In this document: positions 12,301-24,295 of the stretch, piece by piece
Layout of the letters: each line of letters opens with the position of its first letter
Position numbering within the stretch: position 1 is the stretch's first letter
Source: Naegleria gruberi
Taxonomy: Eukaryota
Length of the DNA stretch: 64,000 nucleotides
Assembly (NCBI GenBank): GCA_000004985.1
Contig: GG738846.1
Direction: 5' to 3' (one strand)
Notes under the pieces: generated by a model
What the model was told of the DNA's origin: nothing
Databases searched by the model: none
What the model saw: only the letters and a program-made list of their open reading frames with translations
Position numbers and translations under genes: made by a program

Positions 12301-13868
12301 AAACCTGCAGCAGTGTATAATTCTTGTTCAATGGAACCACTTTTAGCAGCTGTTGGAAAGAATGCAAAATTTCCAACAACAACAGAATACATTGTAAAAT
12401 CAATTTCAGGAATTGTTTTCTTGTTCTTATTACTTCCAATTAACTTATCCATAAAGGATCTCTTAAATTCTCCTAGAGGGAGTGGTATTTCAAATACGTA
12501 TTGAATTTCGAATAGTATTCCACACAAATCCAATGGCAAGAAGTTTAAAGAAAAGTTATTATCCAATACAAGAGTTGACAACTCTCCAGTTTCTTGATCC
12601 TTAACTGGAACCAATGTTGATTCTGAAGGTCCTTGGAAATAGGTGAAAGTGTTATGACTTCCTATGCTTACTATTCTTTTTGAGATTATAACATCCCTAT
12701 CAGGATTAATATACTCTCCATGTTCTTTTTTTCTTTGATCTTTCATGTAGGTCAATAACTTTTGCTCAAATTGTTTTGGTAATTTGATGGAAATCCCACT
12801 TAACCTCAATTGAACTGTTTCTGATAAAACAGGTTTTACCAAATCGCACAAGTGCTTATTGTGATTAAATCTAATGCCAGGTATGAAGTCTTTTTGAGAA
12901 ACAATATCGTTTGGTCGGAAAAATGACCAGCATCCTGTGTCTTTGAGAAGAGGATGCCTAAATAGTGAAAAGAATATCTTAGTTCCTAGTTTTTTGTTGA
13001 GTTGATCTTCGATTGGCTCTTGTAATTGTTGTAATATTCTTGGAGTCCCTTCATAAAAAGAACCCTCCCGAGATACATTAAAGTTTTCGTCATTAACATA
13101 ATCTGAGAGTTTAGGTAAATGCTCAATCGTTTTTCCATATTTAGTTTCTTTAAAAACTCTCATAATAGTCCAACCAGCTCCAAATTCATGTACTACATGA
13201 GTTTTATGCTTTAAAACACATACTAGTTCTACTACCATCACAACAAATTCATCCACAATATTACTATAGAAAAATAATGGTGTTTCGAACTCGATTGTTT
13301 CTTGAATTCTATTTTGATCCTTCTTAATTTGTTTTACATAATTTCTTCCTGTTATTGGTCCTTTAAATGTCCTGCTGACAAAGCATTTTGATTGAGTGTG
13401 ATAAAGAGTTGCTGAAAGTCTGTATTCCACTGTTATTATTGATTCTCCACCAAACTTATTTAATTCCTCTAATGGTATTACCACATTACTAATACTATGA
13501 GCAACCACACAATATGAGGTGTACTTTTTTAAGCATTTGACCTTATCTGCTTGTTGAATAAATGTATCCAAATCCATTTTCTTATTCGGATCATTAATAT
13601 CATCCATAATCAAGAAAAAATCATCCTTATGTTTTAATGCCTTTCTTAGTTCGAATTTGGTTAAGAATCTATTTCTAAGTACTTGTTGTGATTCCACATC
13701 CTCCATGAAACTTTCCGATGAAGTATATTCCTCATCAGTGTATTCTTTTAAAAAACCGTTAATTCTTATTATTACCACACTAAACAACCTACCTTCATCA
13801 TCGTCATCATCATCCTCTAAATTGTATTTCAGCTCCTTTGAGGCTTGTGCTGTTGTATGAGAGGGCAT
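9399..13868 (-). CDS. NPHP4: Nephrocystin-4 (NPHP4) homologue, about 1432 aa. Five exons: 13868..11582, 11541..10406, 10359..10192, 10145..10006, 9966..9399.
   Basis: The C-terminus …TNHPELLGL…AEILLYINRKEDNQTVKCLGINVKYQ matches the human NPHP4 end …SDHPELLRF…[26 protein letters not shown]. The central …FLSFSPKT-NVNFPSSMYFRFKVFTFSPTDTSKTPLF matches …FLAFSRV…[24 protein letters not shown]. Introns are 40, 46, 46 and 39 nt with GTAAGT or GTAGGT donors. All junctions keep the frame and the total is 4299 nt. Confidence 0.8.
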
Positions 13869-14039
13869 TTTTTTCCTTATTAAAATATAGAGGCTAGGAC
13901 AAATCCTAATAGAAAATCTGCTTGGTTGTATTTCGAAAGTCTAGAAATTTGTAGAGAGAATATAATCTAATAATAATAATTCATCATTAAAATAATAGAA
14001 AACTAGAGGGGAAATGCATTGAAAACATTGAGAGCGGGT

Positions 14040-16199
14040 TTACTTATTTGATCCACTATTACTTCTCTTTCTAGCTGCATTTCTCTGACCAGATGGAGGT
14101 AGAAAAACTTTATATTCCTTATCAAAACCACTTTGAACGAGCCATTCTCTGAACTTTCTATTCATATAATCCATCATTTTGTTTTGAATTAATTGATGTT
14201 GTTGATTCTGAAACTGAGCTTGCTGTTGTAAGTTTAGGGTAGAGTCAAGTCCATGTGTTATCATTAACTTGTTAGCTATCTGATTGGAATTTTGTTTAAT
14301 GTGATCAAATAAATTAGCAATAGTTTTCGTTCGATTCTGAATTTCTGTTTGATATTCTTTTGGGAGTGGACTTGGAATTTTTGTTAATATTTCTGCAATG
14401 GTTAAAACTCCACTTCCATTGGTACCTGGATTTTTACTCTTTCCTGAACTTTTGGCATTATAATTCTCAAATGGAATAAAGTGAAGATGGAAATGAGATG
14501 GTTCCATAATTGAAAAACATGAAGTGGTTGTTGCCACTGTTGGGTGATGAGGACGATGATGATTATCACTTCCCCTGGGAGAGGTTGGATTTTTAGATTT
14601 CATGTGTGAGGGAGACATGTTAAAGGAATGAGAATTTGATGATCCATGAGGTGATGATGGAGATTTTTCAAAACTTTTAGGTGTTCCAAAACTTGGTGGT
14701 GAAGGTGGAGGTGTTGTACTGATTGAAAGTGAATCAGTTTGCATTAAATTAGATGAAGGTGAAGCATGTTGATGGGAACCATGTGGTAATTGATGAAGTG
14801 CATCCAAGTCAACCACAAAGGGCTGTGAAAAATAATTAAGGGTTGGATCAATATTACAATCGTGAAGTGAAAGTTGTCTCGTTAATTCTGTATAGGTAGT
14901 ATTATAGGGAGCGAATTGAATATTCCTATTTGATGTGAATACAAGGGGTCTATTATTACAACATAAATAAAATTGGCAATCTGTACAGTAGGATATTTTG
15001 ATAGCATTGGTTAGGCAAATAATATTAACATTTGAACAATTCTACATTTTAACAACATGTAATAATAATTTTCATTATGTGTCATTGAAATAAATGCATT
15101 TAAATAAATATTAATATTTGAAAATAACTTACTGATACATGAAGCATTCCTCGAATAACTCCAAAAACTAATGTACAATCTTTACAATTTTTTACACAAA
15201 TGGTTTGTAAATGATTTTGGAGAATGCAAATGTATGAATGTTCGCCCACATTTGAAATTTCAAAGAATGTATCCATATTTGATGATTCATGATTATAGAA
15301 AACATAATTTGAAGTAATATTACGAATTGTAATATGATGAGGAAAATTACTTCTATCCAAATTATCCAAAATGTAATTCCTAATAACTCCCAACTCTACA
15401 TATTCTGGAGCATTGACATGAGCAATATCTTCCTCTTCAAAATTAAATCTGGAATCATCATCAATCATTTCACTATCATGACGTACCATGAGAGAAAGTT
15501 CTGGATCTAACATTCTCTCATCAATTATTTTTTGTTTCTTCTTTTCTAAAGAAGAAAATGATGATTTAAATATTTGTTTGTGAGAAAGTGATGGACTTTT
15601 ACACCAAAAAGGAAAAGCTTTTGATAAATTCATTGATTTAAAATCCTTTTCCTCACATAAAAATACAGACATATGATTAACTTGTGTAGAATTGAGAACA
15701 CTATCATTATCAGAAACTAATTTCAGTAAATCATCAAGACAAGTTCTAAAAATTAAATAAATATCCAATTGATTATCTTTAAATCCAGTTTCAGTATTAA
15801 CATGTTTTGGTGACAAGTACTTTTCAAAAGCAAACATTTGAAAATAAACATAAAGAAAGAATGGTTCCAATTTTACAGCATTTTCATTTGGTAATGAAAA
15901 TTCTCTATAATTTGATTGAAAAAGATGAAATAATGATTGTGAAATATCCTTTGTAAATTTCAATTTCTTGTAACTAATTAACATCCATTCCTTGATTCTA
16001 ATTAAAATATTAGTACAACCAACTCCATCACTGTAAACACATACCTAATAACTGATGATTGAATAAGTTTTTGTCTCAATATTTGTTGAAATGTTGAAAA
16101 CATGAAGGAACAATAACAATAATTATGACTATCAAGGAAGGGTAAAAAGCTTTGGAGAATATTCTCCTCCGAATATCTAAATTTTAATGTATTTTGCAT
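14040..16199 (-). CDS. Hypothetical protein of about 673 aa with a central Cys cluster (…CVKNCKDC…CTDCQFYLCC…) and an S/P/H/Q-rich C-terminal half. Three exons: 16199..16045, 15997..15133, 15041..14040.
   Basis: The exons join in frame through a 47-nt intron (15998-16044) and a 91-nt intron (15042-15132). Both have GTATGT or GTAAGT donors. There is no confident family assignment. The first exon and the start codon are uncertain. Confidence 0.45.
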
Positions 16200-16740
16200 A
16201 TTACTATTATTAATTACAATTATAATGTTGATATAAATAATTATTAATGTTGTTGTTGTTATAAATTTGTTAAATATATGTCCACAATGATTACATAATA
16301 AAATAATATACAAATAAATGGGACGATTTTGACAAAGGCTCACACAACGCAATGATGATGATAACTTTGAAAAAGGCTGAGAAAAGTTCTACCACCAGAA
16401 TGTGCTGTGCTATTGTTGTGTTGTATTTTTTGTCTAATTTGTTATCCACCGTCATCATGTTGATGTTGACGATGAGCACATGTAAATGTTCATCAAATTA
16501 CAGTTTTCAAATCTCAACTAAGCAGCACTATTGCTGCAGTAGTAATAACATTATTACTGTATTGTTACGGAACATTTGGATACTTAATACGTTGGAAAGA
16601 GAAACGTTGTAATAGTCGTTGGATTACCCCAATCAAATTATCATAATAATAAAGCGAACAACGGATATTTCTATCTTATATTACATTTATGATTACAATC
16701 TTGTCGAATTGGAATGCATAAAACTTATTGGACTTTAAAT

Positions 16741-19700
16741 TTACTTTTGACTCATCAAGTCCAAGTGAATATTTTCCAATTTTGTTAACATTTCCTCTCT
16801 CATATCTTTGGATATGAATTTCATTTCAACTTCAATGGCTGGTGGAGTTGTTCTTGATTGTTCTTCATCTTCCAAAGTCATTGATAAACCATCCTTATCT
16901 AAATCTGCTGCCTTTCTTCTAATTCTTGCATGTTTCAAACTAAAGATGTAAACCTTCTTACCCTTCATTGCACCCTTCTTCTTTAAAATTGCATAATCAG
17001 ATAAGATGTGAAATGACATTTGATAAGGTGCCTTATTCTTAGTTGCCTCAACTCTTCTCTTCTCATAAATGTAACCACGAACTTTCTTTTCAGTGTGGAT
17101 CCATTTTCTTTCTGAATTTTCTGGAAGTGTAATTTGTAACTTTTCCAATAATTTTGAAGCCATGGCCATAAATTCAACACCTCTCTTGGCTTCATTGACG
17201 AAACCTGTAATATTTTGAACTTCACCAAGAGCTCTCTTTAAAATTTTATAACCTGTTGAATTGGTATTATCACTATTCTTCATTAAATCAGTTAAAAGAA
17301 GATTGTAACGTGGCAATCTTTGAACAGGTTGCTAAAATATATTTGTATAATATGTATATAGAGAGAGGGAGAGAAAGATAAATATTGATAAGAAAATAGT
17401 AAAAAAATAATGTTAAGAATTTTGAATAATTAAAAACTTACAATTAAGAATGAACCCAAGTCAGTTTGACGATATCCCAAATCAAGTAATTCATTTGAAA
17501 CTTGATCTAAGAAATCAGCAAATGGTTTGTACTGCTTAATACATGAAAACATCATTGCTTCAGCTCTATCATAATTATTAACAAATGAACAATAGGTCTT
17601 GAATGAAGGAGCATATGATAAAACTAATTCACCAATACGATATTCCATATTTTGCATTAATTCATCTTCATTTTCAAAGAGTGCTTTAAGTTTTTGAAGG
17701 AATGCATAATTGACCTTATAAATCAAATCAATATCTTTGAAAATAACATTAAATTTGTCTTTTGGAATAATTTGCTTTGGAGCAGTGACAATTCGTTCCA
17801 TGTAGAATTTTCTGGTAGCATCGAGAGCACCAACGTAACTGTCCTCAGTACTAAGCAATTCCTTAGAGATGGCCTTTCTCTTGATTAATCTCTTTTCCTT
17901 CTTCTTTTCTTCTTCTTCATCTTCCTTTTGCTTTTCTTTGAGTTCTTCAACTCTTTTGAGTTTTCTTTGAAGTCTTCTTTCTGCTTTGAGTTTTTCCTTT
18001 TCTTCGTTTTTCTTTCTCTCTGCTTCGTACTTTCTTCTGTCTTCCTCTTCTTCCTTTTCTTTGAGTTTTTCCAATTCAGCTTGTAATTCCAATTCTTCAT
18101 CGAGAACTGAAGCTTGTAATTCATCATCAGAGTCAGTTTCTGGTTCCAATTCTTGAGGTTCGAGATCATCATCCTCTGGCTCCAACTCTTCTGGTTCCAA
18201 TTCTCCTGGCTCCAACTCTTCTGGCTCCAATTCACCATCCAATTCTTCTGGTTCCAATTCAGATGCCTCCAAATCATCATCACCACCTGCAGTGGCAGTT
18301 CCAACTTTGGTTTCTTGATCTTCCTCATCAGAATCATCATCCTCTTCATCATCATAGTCATCCTCAGAATTGGTATCATCATCATCAGAATCATCATCAA
18401 AGCTTGCAAGTTTGAACATTTGATTATTATCAAAGTTAACATCATCTGCGAATGAATTATTATCTTCATCGAGAGCTTGTCTAATTTCATCTTCTGAAGC
18501 ACCATTATTCTTCATGTTGAGAATTCTATCACAATTAGACAAGTCAATTAATTCAATCATATCTGTCATGTAACCCATAGCTCCATCAATGGCATCAATG
18601 TAATCTCTAATTTCATCAACCTTATATAAATTGTACAATGTTTCACATGCATTCTTTCTAATTTCATAATTTTGACGTGTGGCTTCCTTCATAATAACTC
18701 CTAATAAGGCATCTACAACACCTGTTTCTTTCAGTTCAATGGCAGAATTCTTTGTTCTTGCAAAATTGGAGAAGAGTTTCAAGAGAGCCATCAAGATTTG
18801 AATTTCAACTTGTCCAACCTCCTTAATATCCAACATTTGGAAGAAACGATCAAAAACTTGAGAACAAATTGAAGCAAAATTAATTTCACTCAATCTTTCC
18901 AATAATGTACTCGAATTACCAATATAAACACAAATAGCAACTGCATGGAGAACTAATTTAACACTCTCCTCTTGTTTGATAAATGAAATGAGAGTGGAGA
19001 GAACTTTTCTTGAAGCCAATTTAACAAGAACACCTGGATCTCTAACAAGATTAGAAAGTGCACCAGTTGCTGGTTCTAAAATTTGTAAATATTCACTTTC
19101 CATTAATGAAATTAGAATATCTGGAATTTCAGATTTAACAAATGCTGCAATATTTTCTTCAACTTCAGTTGCTTCCCATAACATTTCACATGCCTTCTTT
19201 TGTTTGGCAGGAGTATTTGATTTCAAATCTTGAATTGTACCTCCAATTGTATCTTCTTTCAAAAATGGATTTCCACCTTGTGTTCCAATCAAATTAGAAA
19301 GTCCTAAAATATGAAGAACTTTCATTGAACTTTGTGAAGCATCTGGAAAAGTAGAATCAAATGTTTGAATTAATTGTGCTAAAAGTGCAGGAACACCACT
19401 TTGAATCATAGTTTTATGATTGGCAGGTGAAAAGTGACATAAATATTGAAATAATTGAATGGCTGATTTTACAAGACGTTGAGTTCCAGCATTTTGAGCA
19501 TTTTGTGCTTCTTTTTGAAGATTTTCATCTGATAAAATGTTTTTAATTGAAGAAATTCCACCCAAAGTTGTTCCTACAAGAAATGCCAATTCAGTATCAT
19601 CTTTTTTAAATTCATTACATTACAATATTATAAAAACATGACATTACAATAATATTACATATTAATAATATTAATAATTAATAATATTGTTTAAAAGAGA

Positions 19701-20267
19701 ATGAACATACTTCTAACAAGTAAACTCAACATTGAACAACAATTATCCAAAACAAATTCACCTTGTTTAACATTATAATGTGACATTAAAACAAGAGCCA
19801 TTTCATGACATTTAAATCTAACAAGTGTTGATTTGTTTTCAGCTATTAGTAAAAATTCAAAATGTCAAAAGTCAAAAATGTCACATAAACCTACCATTCA
19901 AACAAGCATTTCTTAAAAAACCAGTAACATCTCTCACAGGTTGCATCATTGTTTTATGCTCATTTGCAGTTGTAATCATTTCATCAATAGTATCCGATCT
20001 CTTTACAATTTCCTGACATAATTTTGGATTTAAACTTGCAACTGTTGCTAAAATATTAACAATAATAAATTTAAAATTTAATTCCTTGTTTGCCAACATT
20101 AAACAAAGATCATCAAGTGCTTCTTCTGAAGATTTTAAAAGTTCATTTTGAAAATCTGCAGTTCTGGCTTCTCTTGTCATTTGAACAAGAATTGAATGTC
20201 CACTTGCTATATCTCCCTTCTTTTGAAATTCTAATACTTGTTGCAAACGTTCGGAAATTGATGACAT
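16741..20267 (-). CDS. Armadillo-repeat-containing RhoGEF with DH and PH domains. Three exons: 20267..19895, 19600..17442, 17331..16741.
   Basis: DH-domain hallmarks …LLSTEDSYVGALDATRKFY… and QPVQRLPRYNLLLTDLMKN are split by a 110-nt intron (17332-17441). A PH-like C-terminus follows. The N-terminal half is Arm/HEAT-like. Exon 1 joins through a 294-nt intron (GTAGGT…AG) in frame. Total 3123 nt. Confidence 0.7.
18150..18262. repeat. In-frame acidic tandem repeat (E-L-E-P-E-E)n inside the RhoGEF gene
   Basis: Translated as EPEELDGELEPEELEPGELEPEELEPEDDDLEPQELEPE. The DNA shows tggttccaattc / tggctccaactc reiterations. Confidence 0.7.
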
Positions 20268-20605
20268 TTTTTTTTTGTTTTGTTTTTACTTGTCAAACTT
20301 CATTTGAAAATAGTTGTCATCTTATTGAAAGAAGTGCACAACACCAAATATTACCCACATTTATTAGTGGATTTATCGGAACAAAACACAATTTTCCTTA
20401 ATATCATATGGTAACATCTTAATTTTTTCTTCAACATAGTGAAACCTCCTTAAAGAAGGAACTTGGAAATCAATTTTTTTAACATTTACAATCAAAGCCT
20501 TTTTTCTGTCTGCTCAACAAATATCCAAATTGGTAATCAAAAAGCTTAAAAAAATATAGCAAAGTCTTCATAATAAAGGCTTGTGCAAAAATTGTTGTTG
20601 TCGTG

Positions 20606-21952
20606 ATGAAGAATAGAGAAATTATTTCAATTCATATAGGACAAGCAGGTTCTCAAATCGGAAATACTTGTTGGGAATTATATTGTTTAGAACATGGTAT
20701 TGATCATACGACAGGTATTCAATCTTTGCCACAAAGCTCATCTGATTATTCTATTGAACAGTATCAAAGATCATTCTTTTCCGAAACAAAAAATGGAAAT
20801 TGGAAGGCAAGAGCTTTATTTGTTGATTTGGATTCTGAATGTATTGATAAGATCAGAATGAAAAACAACTCAATGTATGAGAGGGAAAGTTTGTTGAGCG
20901 GTAATGAGAATGCAGGCAATAATTTTGCTATTGGAAGAGGAGTTGGAGGAAGTTTAGTGTTAGAAAATTGTTTGGAAAGAATTAGGAATATGGTAGAAAA
21001 ATGTGAAGCACTTGAGGGTTTCTTAATTACTTCATCACTGAATGGAGGAACTGGATCAGGTTTTAGAGATGCATTGCTGGAGAGACTGTCATCAGAGTTT
21101 GACAAGAAGCTTAAATTGAGTTTTGATGTTATAGGTGCACCAAGTTCTGTATCTTCATGTGTGGAGCCGTATAATGTTCTATTAGGATGGAATTCAATTC
21201 GTGAATATTCAGATGTTTCAGTAATATTGGAAAATGAAGCATTGATTGATATTTGTAAAAACAAGCTACAACTTGAGCAGCCAAAGATGACAGATTTGAA
21301 CGAAATCATTGCCCATACAATATCATCGACAACAGTTCATTTGAGGAAGGAAGGTTGTTTACACGTATCCATTTCTGAAATCATGAACAATCTCATCCCG
21401 TACCCTAGTGTAAAATATCTAATCCATTCAATGAGTAATATTTTCCCAAAGAATCATGTTTTCAATGAACGACCAAATGTTACTGAGTTGACAAGGAGTT
21501 GCTTTTTAGACAAACATTCAGTGTTGGCGAATTGTAATTTACTGGAAGGTCAATACATGGCTTGTGTTGTTCTATATAAAGGAGACATAGTTCCAAAAGA
21601 TGTTGGACATGCCATTTCCACTATTAAGACCTCAAGAGTAATTAGATTTGTTGATTGGTGTCCAACTGGATTCAGATGTGGAATTGACTATAGCCCACCA
21701 TTGACCATTCCTGGAGGAAACATTTGCTCAATGGATAGAAATGCCCATGTTTTTGCCAACTCAACCAGTATTAGCCAAACATTTACCAGAATGGGGCAAA
21801 ATTTTGATAAACTATTCTCTGAAAAGCCATTCCTTCACTGGTACCTTAAAGAAGGAGCACAAGAAGAAGAATTTACGCAATGCAGAGAGGAACTTAGAAC
21901 CCTTCAACAAGACTATTTAGAAGTTGTACAGGTTGGTGAGGAAGAAATTTAG
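20606..21952 (+). CDS. Divergent alpha-tubulin-like protein, 448 aa, single exon
   Basis: The N-terminus MKNREIISIHIGQAGSQIGNTCWELYCLEHGI resembles alpha-tubulin MREVISIHVGQAGxQIGNACWELYCLEHGI. The glycine loop is NGGTGSG rather than GGGTGSG. The T7 region …NLIPYP… and MACVVLYKGDIVPKDV match alpha MACCLLYRGDVVPKDV, and VDWCPTGF is present. Overall identity to alpha-tubulin is only about 40% by eye. There is no acidic EEY tail; the protein ends …VGEEEI. The ATG is at 20606 (the ORF track started at a GTG). Confidence 0.8.
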   Translation: MKNREIISIHIGQAGSQIGNTCWELYCLEHGIDHTTGIQSLPQSSSDYSIEQYQRSFFSETKNGNWKARALFVDLDSECIDKIRMKNNSMYERESLLSGNENAGNNFAIGRGVGGSLVLENCLERIRNMVEKCEALEGFLITSSLNGGTGSGFRDALLERLSSEFDKKLKLSFDVIGAPSSVSSCVEPYNVLLGWNSIREYSDVSVILENEALIDICKNKLQLEQPKMTDLNEIIAHTISSTTVHLRKEGCLHVSISEIMNNLIPYPSVKYLIHSMSNIFPKNHVFNERPNVTELTRSCFLDKHSVLANCNLLEGQYMACVVLYKGDIVPKDVGHAISTIKTSRVIRFVDWCPTGFRCGIDYSPPLTIPGGNICSMDRNAHVFANSTSISQTFTRMGQNFDKLFSEKPFLHWYLKEGAQEEEFTQCREELRTLQQDYLEVVQVGEEEI

Positions 21953-22060
21953 AAGAAAAAACAAGCATAATAATCATCGATTATTTCTCAATCCTTATCT
22001 AGAAAGTGTTCAAAAAATTAGTTTAACCTTTATCATATTATATAAATTAAATTCTTATCT

Positions 22061-23986
22061 CTATTGTTTAAACACTTTAGAAATTAATGCAATACTAATT
22101 GGTAAAGTGAAGGCAGCAATAGTTGGCCATAAACTGCTACTTTTAGATTTAGTTGTTGATTTCGATTCAGAAGTAGTAACACGAGTAGTTGGAAGAGTTT
22201 TACCAAACGAAAGTGTCTTTCCAGATTCAGCTTCTGTTAAGGCATGATCTAGACAGTCAATTAAGAATTGAGCATCTTCTACTGTGAGGCAGACTGGACC
22301 CTTAATTCTGAGAACATTTCTTAATGGACCACCTGAACCAACTAAAACTCCCAATTCTTTAGTTCTTTCCCAAATAAATTTGGTTTCATCTTGAGCTGGT
22401 GTAAGATCACCAGAGTGAGCATCTTTAACCAATTCAACTCCAAGGAAGAGACCTTTACCACGAACTTCACCAATCAATTTGTGATATTTCATGAGATTAG
22501 TAAGTCCATCCTTTAAATATGTTCCAACTTCCAGACTGTTTTGTTGTAAATTTTCTTGATCTATTACTTCAATAACTGATAATCCAATAGCACAACTAAC
22601 TGGATTACCACCAAAAGTATTGAAATATTGAGAATTATTGAAAGCTTCAGCAATCTTTCTTGTTGTGACAACACAACCAAGTGGTTGACCGTTACCAAAT
22701 GGTTTACCCATTGTAACAATATCAGGAACAACTTGATCATGTTCAAAAGCCCAGAAATGTGAACCAATACGTCCAAAACCAGTTTGAACTTCATCAGCAA
22801 TACAGATACCACCACTACTCTTAACTTTTTCATAAACTTGTTGAAGATAACCAGGTGGGAAAACAAATTGACCACCAACACCTTGAATACTTTCGTGAAT
22901 GAATGCAGCAATATCATGATCATTTTCTCCTTTGGCTCTCTTTTCATAAGCACCATCAATATCCTTGATATATTCAGAAACAGCTGTTTCCTTTTGATAT
23001 GGACCTCTCATTAAATCTGGAACTCTAATATATTCCACATCCTTTGCATAATAATCCCAATCAGGACATTTGGCTGATGTACCAGTTGAAATTGAAGATG
23101 AAACACCTGTACATGTTCCTGTAGTTCCATGATATGAATTTTCAAGAGCAACAACTGTATTTCTCGATGTATAGACACGAGCCAAACGAATTGCCAAATC
23201 ATTAGCTTCACTTCCAGAGTTTACAAAGAAGCAAACATTCAAATCTGAATCCTTTGGCATTTTGGATGTTAATTTATCGGCCAATTTAACAATCTTGTCA
23301 TGTAAATAACGAGTATTCGAATTGATGCACATTAATTGTTCAGTAGCAGCTTTAGTAACATGTGGATGAGCATAACCAACTGTTATTCATCATTTCATCC
23401 GAATATATTGTAGCATATTTTAAATATTTTCATCATCATCATGCAATTATTATTATTATTATCAGTATCGGTGGATACCAGCATTCAAATAGGATATGCA
23501 ATTTAATGAATATTTCACACAATAATAAGTAGTAGTAGTTAGATACATTCACACAATCACCAAATTAATATAAGTTGGCCAAGTTCAAAAAACGTTCCAA
23601 TTTTTGAATATTCAAAAATTCATAATTTTGAACCATCATCACATGATTATCATAAAGATTAAAAGGTGAAATTAACCCAAATAGTACAATTATTACAGCA
23701 GCATCAGACAAGTAAGATTAAATTAGTACTCCTAGAATCAAAGGCTCCAACTAATTAACTACTTACCATGAGCAACATTTGCATAACAATCCAAATATTT
23801 CTTTCCACTCTCATCCCAAGCATATTGACGTTCTCCCTTGACCAACATGATTGGTTTCTGATAGAATGTATATTGTGCCTTGGCAAGGAATTTACTTCTA
23901 TCTTGAATCACTTGATCCTTCGAGAGTGTATGAGTCAGTGGATTGTATGTTAATTCGGGTTGTTGTGTATTGTCGTATGAAGCCAT
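22061..23986 (-). CDS. Class-III (PLP) aminotransferase of the AGXT2 / AGXT2-like phospho-lyase type. Two exons: 23986..23765 and 23379..22061.
   Basis: Exon 1 …KYLDCYANVAH and exon 2 GYAHPHVTKAATEQLMCINSNTRYLHD join across a 385-nt intron (GTAAGT…AG). Family motifs FFVNSGSEANDLA, ADEVQTGFGRIGSHFWAFE and TMGKPFGNGQPLG (PLP lysine) are present. There is an unusual hydrophobic C-terminal tail, …LWPTIAAFTLPISIALISKVFKQ. Confidence 0.8.
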
Positions 23987-24295
23987 TTTTCTTTTTTCGG
24001 ATTTTGCTAGCTGTTTGTTGTGGATCGAGGAAGGATTTTGTTTTTGGATAATTTGGAGACGAGGATGTGATGCTATGGTGGTGGTGAAAGGAGAGAATAG
24101 GTAATATGGGTGATGATGATTTGCAATGTTGTAAGCATACTTTTGTTATTTAATAGGAAGGACTACAGAATTGGACCTTTTTAAATTTGTGTGTTGAATC
24201 AAATGTGGATGAAAATTGCAGTTGGCAATTAGAAACAGTAAATCTTCATTGTAAAATAGAGTTCAATCAATAGATAATAAATGGTTGCACCTTTT

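Noticed and set aside
11744-12504. Several 80-125 aa ORFs on the + strand inside the NPHP4 locus
   Set aside because: They are antisense to a well-supported CDS. They are low-complexity (L/F/W-rich) translations of the coding strand's complement. Some 'M' starts are actually TTG or GTG.
16352-16612. 86-aa Cys-containing + strand ORF between two minus-strand genes
   Set aside because: It is a short ORF with no homology signal. It sits in the upstream or UTR region of the neighbouring genes and is most likely non-coding.
17885-18505. 206-aa and 100-aa ORFs overlapping the RhoGEF gene in other frames
   Set aside because: They are alternative-frame or antisense readings of an E/D/K-rich repeat region and give K/M-rich or I/F-rich nonsense. 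The RhoGEF frame carries the conserved DH-domain motifs.
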